From an uncultured Actinomycetes bacterium (GTDB taxonomy: Bacteria > Actinomycetota > Thermoleophilia > UBA2241): 64,000 bases of DNA. Positions within the stretch are counted from its first letter, which is position 1, and the number at the start of each line of letters is the position of its first letter. The position numbers were made by a program, and so were the translations under genes. The notes under the pieces are model-generated. The model saw only the letters and a program-made list of their open reading frames with translations. It searched no databases and was not told where the DNA came from. Of the stretch, positions 1 through 9,937 are shown one piece after another. The stretch covers positions 64,001 to 128,000 of the forward strand of contig CAVPVX010000007.1 in the NCBI GenBank assembly GCA_963709345.1, given 5' to 3'.

Positions 1-264
1 GCGCTCCAGCTCATCCACGATCCTGATGGTGCCGTCGACGCCGACGTCGGCGGCGATCAGCAGCTCCTCCACCTGCTCGTACAGCCGCCGGTCGACGCCC
101 ACGTAGACGGCGCTCTTGAGCCCGCCGACGACAGCGCCACGGGCCTTGCCGAGGTTGCGGCGCAGGCGGCCGAAGAGGCCCCTGCGCTCCGCCGCTTCTT
201 CTTCCAGGACGGCCGCCGGCACATCGGTCTCGGCGATGCCCTTGAACAGTTCGTGCCACTCCAC
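1..264 (-). CDS. ftsY: Signal recognition particle receptor FtsY, N-terminal part (runs off the window edge)
   Basis: Manual translation from GTG at 264: VEWHELFKG...GLFGRLRRNLGKAR...LYEQVEELLIAADVGVDGTIRIVDELE, with the FtsY N-domain motif EELLIxADVG; directly downstream of smc. Confidence 0.85.
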   Translation of the reverse strand, partial: MEWHELFKGIAETDVPAAVLEEEAAERRGLFGRLRRNLGKARGAVVGGLKSAVYVGVDRRLYEQVEELLIAADVGVDGTIRIVDELER

Positions 265-312
265 CTGAGTCAGACTCCCGTCCGCGGGCGCCGCAGACCG
301 CCGCCCGTCGCT

Positions 313-3300
313 TCACTGTGCCGGCGCGACCGGCCTCGTCCGCTTCTGCGCGCGCTCCTCGCGCTCGATCTCTTCCTCAGCCATGCGCGCGCTCACGACC
401 TGCGATGCCCCGTCCGCGCCCATGGTGACGCCGTACAGCACGTCGGCGGCCTCCATGGTCCGCTTCTGGTGCGTGATGATCACGAACTGCGTGCGCTCGC
501 GGTAGTCGCGCAGCAGCTTCACCAGCCTGCCGATGTTGACGTCGTCCAGCGCCGCCTCGATCTCGTCGAGCACGTAGAAGGGGCACGGCCGCGCGAGAAC
601 GAGCGCCATCAGGAAGGCGATCGCCACCAGGGCACGCTCGCCGCCGGACAGCAACTGAAGCCGCTTCCCCAGCTTCTTGGCCGGCTTGACCTCGACGGCG
701 ACGCCACCCTGAGGGTGCTCCTCGTCCGGCTCGACGAGCTTGAGCGCGCCCCGTCCGCCCGGGAACAGCAGCGCCACCATGTGCTCGAACTGCTCCTGCA
801 CGGCAGCGAAGGTCGCGGCGAACTCGGCGTCGACCTGCGCCGTGAGCTCCTTGATCAGTGATCCCAGGTCATCGATGGACTTCTCGAGGTCGCGCCTCTG
901 CTCACGCAGAAAGCCGGCGCGCTCCGCCAACTCCGCACACTCGGCCTCGGCAAGGGGGTTCACGGGCCCGATGCGCTCCCTGCGCCTGGCGACGCGGTCG
1001 CGGCGTTCGCGCAGCGCCGCTTCCTCGGCCGCGTCGGCCGGGGGCGCGAATCCCGCCTGATCGAGCTTCTCGCTGATCGCTTCCAGCTCGGCGGCCAGCT
1101 CACCGCGGCGATCCTCCAGGCGGGCAAGGGCCACTTGTACCGTCGTCCTCCGCTCCCCCACGCCCTCGAGCTCCCGGCGCAGCCCGGCTTCGGACTCCGC
1201 GAGGCGGCGCAGTTCACCGCGGTCGAGGCCGGCTTCGTCGTCGTCGCCCGTGTCGAGCTGGGCGATGATCCGGGTCGAGTGGGCGCGCAGCGCCGCGGTA
1301 CGCGACTCGAGCGTCGCGCACGCGGTACGGACGTCGGGCAGCTCCGCCAGCCGCCTCTCCAGCTCGGAGAGCCGCTCCCGGTCCGCGGCGGCGCGACGGC
1401 GCGACGCCTCGCGCTGCTCCGCGGCGCGCGTGGCCGCGGCACGACGCTCGTCGAGCTCGACGCGCCGGCGCGTGACCGCCGCCAGTGAGTCGGCGTGCGC
1501 CGACTCGGCGTCGCGCAGCAGCGCCTCGGCCTCATCCGCCCGCGGCCGCTCGCGTTCCAGCGCGACGAGCGCAGCGGCAGCCGCGCCATCGGCTTCTTCC
1601 TTGCCCGCCAGAGCCTCCGCCGACTCAGCCGCCATGCCTTCCGCCGCCCGCCGGTCGCGCTGCATGACGTCGTCAAGGTCGCGCTGCCGAGCCCGGACCT
1701 GCTTGAGGTCGCGTTCGGCGGTCTCGGCCGCGATGCGCATCTCCCGCTCGGCGGCCTCCGCCTCTTCGGCGGAGGTGCGCGTCGAAGCGGCGCGCAGGCG
1801 ACATACGGCGAGGGCTGCCTCGTCGCGAGCCTCCCTCGCGGAAACGGAGGCGAGCTTCTCCGTCAGCCGCTCAAGCGTGGCGCGACGCTCCAGAAGAAGA
1901 GCCGCCGGCACCCCGCTGGCGAGCCCCATCTGACCGCCCAGCGGCCTGTAGAACTCGCCCTCCCGGGTCACCGCCAGCCCCGCGAAGCCCTCAGGCACGG
2001 CGCGCAGGTCGTCGACGATCACCACGTCGGCCAGAGCACCCTCGAGCTCGTCGTGGTCGCCAAAACCGACCTTGTCGGTCAGCGGCGCGGCGCCGGGGAA
2101 CGCGACCGCCGGTCGCCGGCGCCCCGGCACCACCAGCCGGGCCAGGCCGACGCCGGCGCGCTTGAGCGCCTCGAGCAGCGACCAATGGTCCACCCCTTCC
2201 GGGACCGCCAGCGCACCGGAGAGCTGGGCGAGAGCGGCCGCCAGCGCCCGCTCGTAGCCGGCTTCGCAGGTGACGCTCGCCGCGAGCGACACCGCTCCGG
2301 GGTACTCGTCGGCGATCTCGAGGACGTCGCCCCCGACGTCCTGGAGCTCGCGCAGAGCGGCGTTCAGGTGGTCCACCTCGGATTCGAGCGCGCGGCGTTC
2401 ACCGAGAGAGGAACGGTGCGCGTCCTCCGCGTCGCTCACCTCCCGGGCCGCATCCGCCGCCGCACCGGCCGCCGCCGCTGCCTCCGCGGCCGCCTCGCGC
2501 AGAGCCTCGCGCGCCGCAGCCTCGGCCTCGTGGGCGACGTGCTCCTGCACACCCTTCCCCGCCTCCTCAGCGGCAAGGGCGTCGTACTGGGCCGTGAGGC
2601 GCTTCTCTTCGCCCGCCAGCGCCTCCCGGCGCCGCTCCAGCCGCGCCGACATCGCAAGCGCGCCCTCCCGCTCCACGGTCAGATGGTCAAGAGCGGCCCG
2701 GCGAACGCTCAGCGCCTCGCGAGCGCTGCCCAGCCCACCGGTCGCCAGAGCGTGCGCCGCTTCGGCCGCTTCCAGCTCGGCAACGAGTCGCCGCTCCTCG
2801 TCCGGCCAGGTCTCGTCTTCGGGCCGCTCGGGCCGCCCGGCGAGTTCCGCGACGAGCCTCTCGCGCTCAGCCGCCGAGGCTCGCTCCACTTCGTCGAGGA
2901 GGTGCAGGCGCTGTTCCGCCAGGCGCCTGCCGCCCTCCAGCCGCCCGTCGAGGACGCGGGCACGAAGCAGACGACGCGACCGACGCTCGCGCTCGGCGAC
3001 GCGGCGGGCGAAGTCGTCCTCCTCGGCAGCGCGAGCGTCGGTGAGGCGGGTGATGCCCGCCTCCGCCCGTTCCCGCTCGGCGTCGGCGGCGGCCAGCTCC
3101 GCGCGCCGCGCGACCAGCTCCGCGTCGACGGCCTCGACCTCGCCGGTCAGCAGCCGTCCGCCGACCTCCGCCATCTCGCGCTCAGCCGTGCGCAGTTGCT
3201 CTGCGGCGCTGGCCTGACGGCGCAAAGGGGTGAGCTGCGACCCGACCTCGCGCTCGAGAAGCAGCGCACGCTCCAGATTGCGACCGACCTCGCGCAGCTT

Positions 3301-3837
3301 GAGGGCGGCGCGTTCACGACGCCGCTTGTACGCCCCGAGGCCTGCGGCTTCCTCGATCTGGCTGCGCCTATCCTCGGGCTTGCCTGCGAGGAACGATTCG
3401 ACCTTGCCTTGGCCGATGATCGAGTGCAGCTCTTTGCCGAAACCGACCTGCGCCATGAGCTCCACGACGTCGGTCAACCGGCACGACGACTGGTTGATCT
3501 GATACCGGGAGGAGCCGTCGCGCATGACGCGCCGGCTGATGCTCACCTCCGGGGTCGGCAGCGGCAGCCCTCCGTCGGCGTTGTCGAAGGTCAGCTCGAC
3601 CTCGGCCGACCCGCTCGCGCGCCGCCCGTCGCTGCCTGCGAAGATGACGTCCTGCATCGACGAACCGCGTACCGTGCTCGGGCTCTGCTCCCCCAGGGCC
3701 CAGATCACCGCGTCCGCGAGATTGCTCTTGCCGCTCCCGTTGGGTCCGATGACGACGCCGACGCCGGGCTCGAAGAGGAGCTCGGTCTGGCGCGGGAACG
3801 ACTTGAACCCCTTGAGGCGGAGTGCCTTGAGGTACAC
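313..3837 (-). CDS. smc: Chromosome segregation protein SMC
   Basis: LKGFKSF, Walker A GPNGSGKSN, long coiled coils, hinge, LLSGGE signature, LDEIEAALD Walker B. Confidence 0.97.
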   Translation of the reverse strand: MYLKALRLKGFKSFPRQTELLFEPGVGVVIGPNGSGKSNLADAVIWALGEQSPSTVRGSSMQDVIFAGSDGRRASGSAEVELTFDNADGGLPLPTPEVSISRRVMRDGSSRYQINQSSCRLTDVVELMAQVGFGKELHSIIGQGKVESFLAGKPEDRRSQIEEAAGLGAYKRRRERAALKLREVGRNLERALLLEREVGSQLTPLRRQASAAEQLRTAEREMAEVGGRLLTGEVEAVDAELVARRAELAAADAERERAEAGITRLTDARAAEEDDFARRVAERERRSRRLLRARVLDGRLEGGRRLAEQRLHLLDEVERASAAERERLVAELAGRPERPEDETWPDEERRLVAELEAAEAAHALATGGLGSAREALSVRRAALDHLTVEREGALAMSARLERRREALAGEEKRLTAQYDALAAEEAGKGVQEHVAHEAEAAAREALREAAAEAAAAAGAAADAAREVSDAEDAHRSSLGERRALESEVDHLNAALRELQDVGGDVLEIADEYPGAVSLAASVTCEAGYERALAAALAQLSGALAVPEGVDHWSLLEALKRAGVGLARLVVPGRRRPAVAFPGAAPLTDKVGFGDHDELEGALADVVIVDDLRAVPEGFAGLAVTREGEFYRPLGGQMGLASGVPAALLLERRATLERLTEKLASVSAREARDEAALAVCRLRAASTRTSAEEAEAAEREMRIAAETAERDLKQVRARQRDLDDVMQRDRRAAEGMAAESAEALAGKEEADGAAAAALVALERERPRADEAEALLRDAESAHADSLAAVTRRRVELDERRAAATRAAEQREASRRRAAADRERLSELERRLAELPDVRTACATLESRTAALRAHSTRIIAQLDTGDDDEAGLDRGELRRLAESEAGLRRELEGVGERRTTVQVALARLEDRRGELAAELEAISEKLDQAGFAPPADAAEEAALRERRDRVARRRERIGPVNPLAEAECAELAERAGFLREQRRDLEKSIDDLGSLIKELTAQVDAEFAATFAAVQEQFEHMVALLFPGGRGALKLVEPDEEHPQGGVAVEVKPAKKLGKRLQLLSGGERALVAIAFLMALVLARPCPFYVLDEIEAALDDVNIGRLVKLLRDYRERTQFVIITHQKRTMEAADVLYGVTMGADGASQVVSARMAEEEIEREERAQKRTRPVAPAQ

Positions 3838-3839
3838 GC

Positions 3840-4694
3840 TCAGCCGGCCTTCGCGGCCGCGGCGGACGTGTCCGCCGGGTTCTTGCCGGCCGGCGCGCCC
3901 GGGGATGCTGCGGAGGCCTCGGGTGCGGCGGCGCCTTCCGGCGCCTCGCCGGCCACGGCGTCCGCCGGAGCCGGCCGCGCGCGCCGGCCGCGCAGGCGCG
4001 CTCGGCGAGACTTGCGACGGGCCTGCCTCTGAAGCTCATGGAGGGCTTCAGAGGCCGCCTCCTGCTCTGCGCGCTTCTTGCTGGTGCCGAAGCCGTGCCC
4101 GAGCGTCTCGCCGTCGACGACGGCCTCGATCTCGAACTCACGGTCGTGCGCCGGGCCGCTGTAGCCGAGCACGCGGTAGCCGACCGATCGGCCGCCGCGC
4201 GCGAGATGCTCCTGCAGTTCCGTCTTGTGATCGATGTAGCTGCTCTCCGCGTAGAGGATGTGCTCTTCAAAGACCTCGATGACGGCGGGGCGCACGGCCT
4301 CGTAGCCGAAGGTGACGTAGACGGCGCCGATGAGGGCCTCGGTGAGGTCCGCGAGAACGTTCTGGTTGGTCTGCAACTGCGACGCGTCGCCGGCCTCCGC
4401 CGACGAACCGGCGTACTGCTTGAGCAGCTTGCCGAGACCGAGCTTCGACGCCACCCTGGCGCAGGTCGCCCGGCTCACGACGTACGCGCGCAGACGCGCG
4501 AGGTGTCCCTCGGCGAAGCCGGGAAAGCGGCGGTACAACTCGGTCGTGATGCACAGACTGAGCACGCTGTCGCCGAGGAACTCGAGTCGCTCGTACGACT
4601 GCGCCCGGTCGGCCGCCCACGAGGTGTGCGTGAACACCTGGCGCATGCTGGCCGGGTCGAGCTGTTCGGCGAGCGTGAGGAGTCGGTTGGTCAC
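3840..4694 (-). CDS. rnc: Ribonuclease III with C-terminal basic and low-complexity tail
   Basis: ERLEFLGDSVL signature, EALIGA, dsRBD (DHKTELQE...GFGTSKKRAEQEAA); start placed at GTG 4694. Confidence 0.95.
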   Translation of the reverse strand: MTNRLLTLAEQLDPASMRQVFTHTSWAADRAQSYERLEFLGDSVLSLCITTELYRRFPGFAEGHLARLRAYVVSRATCARVASKLGLGKLLKQYAGSSAEAGDASQLQTNQNVLADLTEALIGAVYVTFGYEAVRPAVIEVFEEHILYAESSYIDHKTELQEHLARGGRSVGYRVLGYSGPAHDREFEIEAVVDGETLGHGFGTSKKRAEQEAASEALHELQRQARRKSRRARLRGRRARPAPADAVAGEAPEGAAAPEASAASPGAPAGKNPADTSAAAAKAG

Positions 4695-4770
4695 AGTCTC
4701 ACACGGCGACGAGGGGACGCCTCCCGGCTGCAGGAGACACCCCCTCGTCACCCCCTGCGGGATCGCCTGG

Positions 4771-5016
4771 CTAGGCGTCGACCCGCGTCATGACGAAGTC
4801 GACCGCGTCGCCGACCGTCTTGATCTGTGCGGCTTCTTCGTCGCTGATCTTGATGCCGAACTTCTCTTCCATGGTCATCACGAGCTCGACCAGGTCGAGC
4901 GAGTCCGTCTCGAGGTCTTCCTGGAAGCGGGCCTCCAGGGTCACTTTGTCGTCGTCGACGCTGAGCGTCTCGACGAGGATCCCCTTGACGTGCTCGAACA
5001 CCTCTTCACGGGTCAT
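4771..5016 (-). CDS. acpP: Acyl carrier protein
   Basis: DLETDSLDLVELVM phosphopantetheine-serine motif; start ATG 5016 (MTREEVF). Confidence 0.95.
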   Translation of the reverse strand: MTREEVFEHVKGILVETLSVDDDKVTLEARFQEDLETDSLDLVELVMTMEEKFGIKISDEEAAQIKTVGDAVDFVMTRVDA

Positions 5017-5047
5017 CTGGCGAACCTCCGGGCGAGTTTGCGTGAGT

Positions 5048-6121
5048 CTACACCGAGCCGCCCTGCGTCCCAAGCTCACGCGAGATGGTCGGAAGGAGGT
5101 CGCTGACGGCGCCGCGCCGGGCCATGCGCACCGCCTGGGCGATGCCGCGGGCGCGGGAGTTGCCGTGGGCGATCACGACCGGCGCCTTCATGCCCACGAG
5201 CAGGGCGCCCCCGAACTCCTCCGGATCCAGCGCGTCCTTGAGGACCATGAGGTCATGACGCAGGAGCAGCCCGCCCAGCTTCGTCGCGAGGTTCAGATCG
5301 ATGGTCGCGCGCAGCGCCCCCAGGATGGCCTTCGCGGAGCCTTCGATCGTCTTGAGCGCCACGTTCCCGGTGAAGCCGTCGGTGACGACGACGTCAACAG
5401 TGCGGTTCATGATGTCGCGGCCCTCGATGTTGCCGGAGAACCTGATGCGCTCGTCGCCGGCGATAAGCCGATGGGCCTCGATGACGTCGGGAGTGCCCTT
5501 GCTCGGCTCCTCGCCGATGCTGAGGAGGCCGATGTCAGGATCGGAGATGCCCATCACCTCGCGGGCGAACGCCTGCCCCATCACCGCGAACTGACGCAGG
5601 TGTTCCGGGCGGACCTCCGCGTTGGCGCCGACGTCGAGGAAGGCGATCGGCGACGGCATGGCCGGCATGATGGTGCAGATGGCCGGCCGCTGCACGCCGG
5701 GGATCCGGCGGATGTAGAGGACGCTGCCGGCAACGACGGCTCCGGTGTTCCCGGCGCTCACGAAGGAGTCGGCCTCCCCGTCGTGCACCAGCTTGAGCCC
5801 TACGACGATGCTCGAGCCCGTCTTTGCCCGGGCAGCCGGCGCCGGCTCCTCGTCGTAGCCGATGACGTCGGGCGCGTGCACGATGGACACATGCTCACAG
5901 CCCTGTGGAAGGAGCGGGCGGACGCGCGCCTCGTCGCCGGTGAACACGATGTGCAACTGGGGGCCGGCGGCCTGAAGAGCGCCGCGGACGATCTCGTCCG
6001 GCGCGTTGTCGCCACCGGCCGCGTCGACGACCACCCTGATCACGCGGTCGTCGGTGAGAGCGCTCCAGGCCGCGGTGACGGAGTGTGGCGACGTGTACCC
6101 GCGACTTGCCGACCCGCTCAT
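5048..6121 (-). CDS. plsX: Phosphate acyltransferase PlsX
   Basis: VDAAGGDNAP, SAGNTGA, DVGAN, VVTDGFTGNVALK, AHGNS; the true start may be GTG 6043. Confidence 0.95.
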   Translation of the reverse strand: MSGSASRGYTSPHSVTAAWSALTDDRVIRVVVDAAGGDNAPDEIVRGALQAAGPQLHIVFTGDEARVRPLLPQGCEHVSIVHAPDVIGYDEEPAPAARAKTGSSIVVGLKLVHDGEADSFVSAGNTGAVVAGSVLYIRRIPGVQRPAICTIMPAMPSPIAFLDVGANAEVRPEHLRQFAVMGQAFAREVMGISDPDIGLLSIGEEPSKGTPDVIEAHRLIAGDERIRFSGNIEGRDIMNRTVDVVVTDGFTGNVALKTIEGSAKAILGALRATIDLNLATKLGGLLLRHDLMVLKDALDPEEFGGALLVGMKAPVVIAHGNSRARGIAQAVRMARRGAVSDLLPTISRELGTQGGSV

Positions 6122-7200
6122 ACCCGCAGGTCGTCCACCAGGCGATCGACGTCGACGGACGCGTCGATGAGTTCCGCGACAAGGTCGATCTTGGCGCGCT
6201 CCTTGACGCGGAGCCGGCCGAACAGACGCCGCAGGCCGTCGGCGGCGGCCACGGTGTCGGTCTCGACCGACACCAGCGCGACGCCGCGCTCCTCGGCGCG
6301 CCCGAGCACGGCCGGGCTGGGCACGTAGTTCCCCGTGAGAACGACGGCGACAGTCGGCGTCTCGAGGGCGGCGAGGATGATCTCCGATCTGTCGCCGCCG
6401 ACGATCACGACCTTGTTCGGCGTAAGCTGGAAGTAGCGCAGCGCATGCTCCGGGCTCATCGCGCCGATCATGTACGTCTCGACGAGACGCTCGTTGTAGC
6501 GTTCGCCGCAGATGAAGGTGCCGTCCAGGGCATCGACGATCTCGCCGACCGACACCGCGGAAAGCACGCTGCTCGAGGCGATCGCGCCGTAGCTTTCTAC
6601 GTCGTTCTTGGCGAGAAAGCGCGTGTACTCGTCCTTGACGAGCGGGAGACGCGACTCCGGCACCATGTTGAAGAGGACGCCGAGGAGGTGCTCCTTGAGG
6701 GCGTCCTTGACGTAGATGATGTCGTCGAGCAGACGGGCGCCGGCGAACTTGGCCACCAGCAGCGTGCCCAGGTCCAATTCCGCCACGACCTCGGCGCCGC
6801 TGGTGCGCAGAAAGCGGCCCTGCCAGATCTCGCCGAGGCCCTCGCAGACCATGATGTCCTTGCCGGCGATGAGGCGCCCGTAGGCGGCGGTGACGCGGTT
6901 CATCGCGTCGACCTCCGACCCGGCGAGCACGTCGTGAAGGGCGTCTTCGTCCAGAACGACCGGACAGATGTCCGTGAGCTCGTCCTCGAGGCCCAGCAAG
7001 CCGGCGACGAACTCGGCGTCCTCGTCAACGAGCACGCTGCTGGTCCGTGAGGGCAGCGTGCCGACAGGCTTGAAGTAGCCGGCCTTCAGCCCACGGTTGC
7101 GCAGCGCGAGGCAGAGGCCGACGGCGATCGTCGTCTTGCCTCCGCCACCCTGGGTGGAGGCGATGTACAGAGACCTGAGCACCACACCCCCCGGCGTCAC
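6118..7200 (-). CDS. Phosphotransacetylase N-terminal-like protein (BioD-like P-loop plus DRTGG domain), no catalytic PTA domain
   Basis: GGGKT P-loop, YFKPVG, IGAM, IVGGDRSEI, LTG motifs. Confidence 0.85.
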   Translation of the reverse strand: MTPGGVVLRSLYIASTQGGGGKTTIAVGLCLALRNRGLKAGYFKPVGTLPSRTSSVLVDEDAEFVAGLLGLEDELTDICPVVLDEDALHDVLAGSEVDAMNRVTAAYGRLIAGKDIMVCEGLGEIWQGRFLRTSGAEVVAELDLGTLLVAKFAGARLLDDIIYVKDALKEHLLGVLFNMVPESRLPLVKDEYTRFLAKNDVESYGAIASSSVLSAVSVGEIVDALDGTFICGERYNERLVETYMIGAMSPEHALRYFQLTPNKVVIVGGDRSEIILAALETPTVAVVLTGNYVPSPAVLGRAEERGVALVSVETDTVAAADGLRRLFGRLRVKERAKIDLVAELIDASVDVDRLVDDLRV

Positions 7201-7383
7201 TCAGTCAGATTCGAGGACGATGACCTCGCGGCCCTTGTACGTGCCGCACTTCGTGCAGGCGCGATGCGGGAGCTTCGGGCTCTTGCACTGCGGGCACACG
7301 CTGGCCGTGTCGACGGTGAGCTTCTGCTGCGAACGGCGCTGGTCGCGACGCCGCTGCGATGTCTTCTTCTTGGGTACGGGCAT
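7201..7383 (-). CDS. rpmF: 50S ribosomal protein L32 (zinc-ribbon type)
   Basis: MPVPKKKTS...CPQC...PHRACTKCGTY. Confidence 0.97.
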   Translation of the reverse strand: MPVPKKKTSQRRRDQRRSQQKLTVDTASVCPQCKSPKLPHRACTKCGTYKGREVIVLESD

Positions 7384-7414
7384 GGACCTTCTCCTCGGCT
7401 CAATCAGACACGGA

Positions 7415-7423
7415 ACTGTACCA
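7415..7423 (-). promoter_or_regulatory. Extended -10 element (TGGTACAGT) upstream of rpmF
   Basis: TGnTAnnnT match about 30 nt upstream of the rpmF start. Confidence 0.45.
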
Positions 7424-7435
7424 CACGGCGAACGC

Positions 7436-7903
7436 TCACGCCTCCTCGTGCCGGTGCTCCGGATCGGCGTTGAGGTCGGCGCCGCAGACCGGGCACAGGC
7501 CCCGGCAGTCGTCGCGACAGAGGATGCGGGACGGCAACGCCTCGGCGATCACGTCGCGTACCCAGCTCTCCAGGTCCACCTGATGGGCGACGACGTACCC
7601 CTCGTCCTCTTCGCCCTCTCCCTCCGACTCCCCGTGGCGCACGTACTCCACCCCGTGGGCGCTCACGGGCAGTTCCGCGTCGGCGAGACAACGCTGACAC
7701 GCCCCCCCCACGACGGTGTCGACGTCGAGAGTCAGGGTGAGATTGTCACCGACACGCGCCGCCGTGACCACAGCATCCACCACGCCGTCCTCCACCTCGT
7801 ACTCGAGACCACCGAACACGAACGGGGTGACGGCTACCGGCAGGCTGCGCCAAGTCTCACTGGCCTTGCCGAAGCGCAGCGAATGAAGGTCGAAGCGGCG
7901 CAC
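7436..7903 (-). CDS. YceD/DUF177 family protein
   Basis: CQRCL and LCRDDCRGLCPVCGADLN motifs; upstream of rpmF. Confidence 0.9.
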   Translation of the reverse strand: MRRFDLHSLRFGKASETWRSLPVAVTPFVFGGLEYEVEDGVVDAVVTAARVGDNLTLTLDVDTVVGGACQRCLADAELPVSAHGVEYVRHGESEGEGEEDEGYVVAHQVDLESWVRDVIAEALPSRILCRDDCRGLCPVCGADLNADPEHRHEEA

Positions 7904-7936
7904 GAGACTACCTGTCGCGGTGACGCTGCGACGCGC

Positions 7937-8404
7937 TCAGGGCTGCAGGGCGTCGTCCGCAGGGCGGCCCTGCAGACGTTCCCGGCCGCGACGCACCGCC
8001 GCGATGAACTTGTCGAGGTTCATCTCGAGGTTGCCGAGCACTTCGTCGGCGTAGTCCTCGGCGCCCAGACGAACCTCGCGTTCACGATCGCGAGCCTCTT
8101 CCATGATCTGCTGGGCGTTCGTTTCGGCCAGCCTGACGATCTCCGTCTCTGTCGCGAGCCGGTCGGCGCGCTCCTGGGCCTCCGCGAGAACCCTGTCGGC
8201 CTCTTGCTTGGCCTCGGAGAGCATCTCCTGCCGCTCCTTCACGATCCAGCGCGCCTGCTTGATCTCCTCGGGGATCGTCGACCGCATCTGGTCGAGGAGG
8301 TCGTAGATCTCCTCGCGGTCGATCATGACACTGTCCGTCAGCGGGACGGAACGTGCGTTGTGGATGATGTCATCCATCTTGTCGATAAGGACCAGAACGT
8401 CCAT
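7937..8404 (-). CDS. Coiled-coil protein (DivIVA-like/ATPase-subunit-like family) usually found between coaD and yceD
   Basis: ARSVPL...IPEEIKQARWIVKER...GAEDYADEVL pattern and conserved position. Confidence 0.75.
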   Translation of the reverse strand: MDVLVLIDKMDDIIHNARSVPLTDSVMIDREEIYDLLDQMRSTIPEEIKQARWIVKERQEMLSEAKQEADRVLAEAQERADRLATETEIVRLAETNAQQIMEEARDREREVRLGAEDYADEVLGNLEMNLDKFIAAVRRGRERLQGRPADDALQP

Positions 8405-8428
8405 GGTCAGCGACCCTCCTTGGGTGGC

Positions 8429-8926
8429 CTAGCTGCGCGGCGGATAGAGTTCCGCCAGGCGGCGGGCGACGGCCGGAGGCACCAGATCGGTAACTGAACC
8501 TCCGAACGCGGCGATCTCTCTGACCCCGCTGGAACTGAGGAAGCTGTGCTCCGGCGAGGCCATCATGAAGACAGTTTCTATGTCGGGCGCCAACTTCCTA
8601 TTGAGCTGCGCCATCGCGAACTCGTACTCGAAGTCGGAGATGGCGCGCAGACCTTTGAGGATGACGTGCGCTTCCCACCTGCGGGCGAACTCGACGACGA
8701 GCTCGTTGAAGCGGTCGACGACGATCGTCTCGCGGCCTGCGAGAGCTTCACGCAGAAACGCCTCGCGCTCATCCGGGGTGAAGAGCGGCGACTTGCGTTG
8801 CGGCACCTCGATCAGCCCGACGACCACACGGCCGAACTTGCAGGCACCGCGCTGGATGATGTCGAGGTGGCCCACCGTGACCGGATCGAAGGTGCCCGGG
8901 CAGATGGCGGTCACGTTGCGCGGCAT
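8429..8926 (-). CDS. coaD: Pantetheine-phosphate adenylyltransferase
   Basis: PGTFDPVTVGHLDII, KGLRAISDFEYE, FLSSSGVREIA. Confidence 0.97.
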   Translation of the reverse strand: MPRNVTAICPGTFDPVTVGHLDIIQRGACKFGRVVVGLIEVPQRKSPLFTPDEREAFLREALAGRETIVVDRFNELVVEFARRWEAHVILKGLRAISDFEYEFAMAQLNRKLAPDIETVFMMASPEHSFLSSSGVREIAAFGGSVTDLVPPAVARRLAELYPPRS

Positions 8927-8941
8927 CGGCGGTCCTTCTCT

Positions 8942-9670
8942 TCAGCTCGGTGGTCGGTCATCGTCTGCGTCCACTCCTTCTGCGTGCCGCGGGCGGCCCG
9001 TCGCGACGAACGTGACGCGTGTGTCCCCGTACCGCTTCTCCCGGACCACAGGCCAGGGCAATCCCGCCGGAGTGAGCGCACCGGACTCCACGACGAGTAC
9101 GGCACCCGGTGCGAGCACTGGCCCGAGAAGTCCTACGAGGTCGGGCCGGACCTGCTCGTACCGATCGTACGGCGGGTCCGCAAACACCAGAGTATACCGC
9201 GCGGCGCGGCGGGCGTCAGCCGCAAGAGCCCGCCGGACGTCCGCCGCCAGCACCACCGCGCGAGCCGACGCCGGCTCCGGCACGATGATTCCTGTACCGG
9301 CGCCGGCCGGCGCCTCGGTCGCCGCGGCACCGGGGCGCACCACCCGGACGCCGACACGCGCCAGATTCTCGCGGAGGGCGCGCAGCGCCGCGGGCGCCGA
9401 CTCGACGAACGTGCAGCTGGCGGCGCCTCGTGACAGCGCCTCGATCCCGAGGGCGCCGCTCCCCGCGAAGAGGTCGAGCACGGCGTGCCCGGCCAGCGGC
9501 TCGGCGAAAGCGCTCGCCTCGCGGGCTGCAGCCGCAGCGGCAGCCGCCTCCGGGAGCGCCAGCAGAACCCCGAACATGGCCTCGCGGACCTTGTCCGAGG
9601 TCGGCCGGGTGGCGTGCCCCGCGGGCGCTCGGAGCCGCCGCCCTCGCCACACTCCTCCGACGATCCTCAC
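8942..9670 (-). CDS. rsmD: 16S rRNA m2G966 methyltransferase RsmD
   Basis: RIVGG..RGRRL, TRPTSDKVRE, LDLFAGSGALGIEALSRGA, DPPY; two Ala-rich insertions. Confidence 0.92.
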   Translation of the reverse strand: MRIVGGVWRGRRLRAPAGHATRPTSDKVREAMFGVLLALPEAAAAAAAAREASAFAEPLAGHAVLDLFAGSGALGIEALSRGAASCTFVESAPAALRALRENLARVGVRVVRPGAAATEAPAGAGTGIIVPEPASARAVVLAADVRRALAADARRAARYTLVFADPPYDRYEQVRPDLVGLLGPVLAPGAVLVVESGALTPAGLPWPVVREKRYGDTRVTFVATGRPRHAEGVDADDDRPPS

Positions 9671-9793
9671 CCTCTGATCTCCGGGAAGCCGCGGTGCCGC
9701 GTCCACAGGTGACGTTCACATGGGCAACGCTCGACAGCCCGCGCCGCGGCGCCGTTTGCCCCATGCCGCCTGGGTGGAGCCACGAAACTCAGC

Positions 9794-9934
9794 ATGACAC
9801 ACCGCAAAGCAGAGACACTCGCGATCCTCCTCGCCGTCGGCCTGAGCCTGCCGCTCGGGGCGTACGGCGCCACCACACGCGGGTTCTCGTGGCGCTGGTT
9901 CCTCGCCGTCGCCCAGACGGAGTCCGCCGACTGA
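9794..9934 (+). CDS. Putative 46-aa small membrane protein
   Basis: MTHRKAETLAILLAVGLSLPLGAYGATTRGFSWRWFLAVAQTESAD; fills the rsmD-pdp gap, has a hydrophobic segment and GC3-rich codons; below the ORF-track length cutoff. Confidence 0.55.
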   Translation: MTHRKAETLAILLAVGLSLPLGAYGATTRGFSWRWFLAVAQTESAD

Positions 9935-9937
9935 CGT

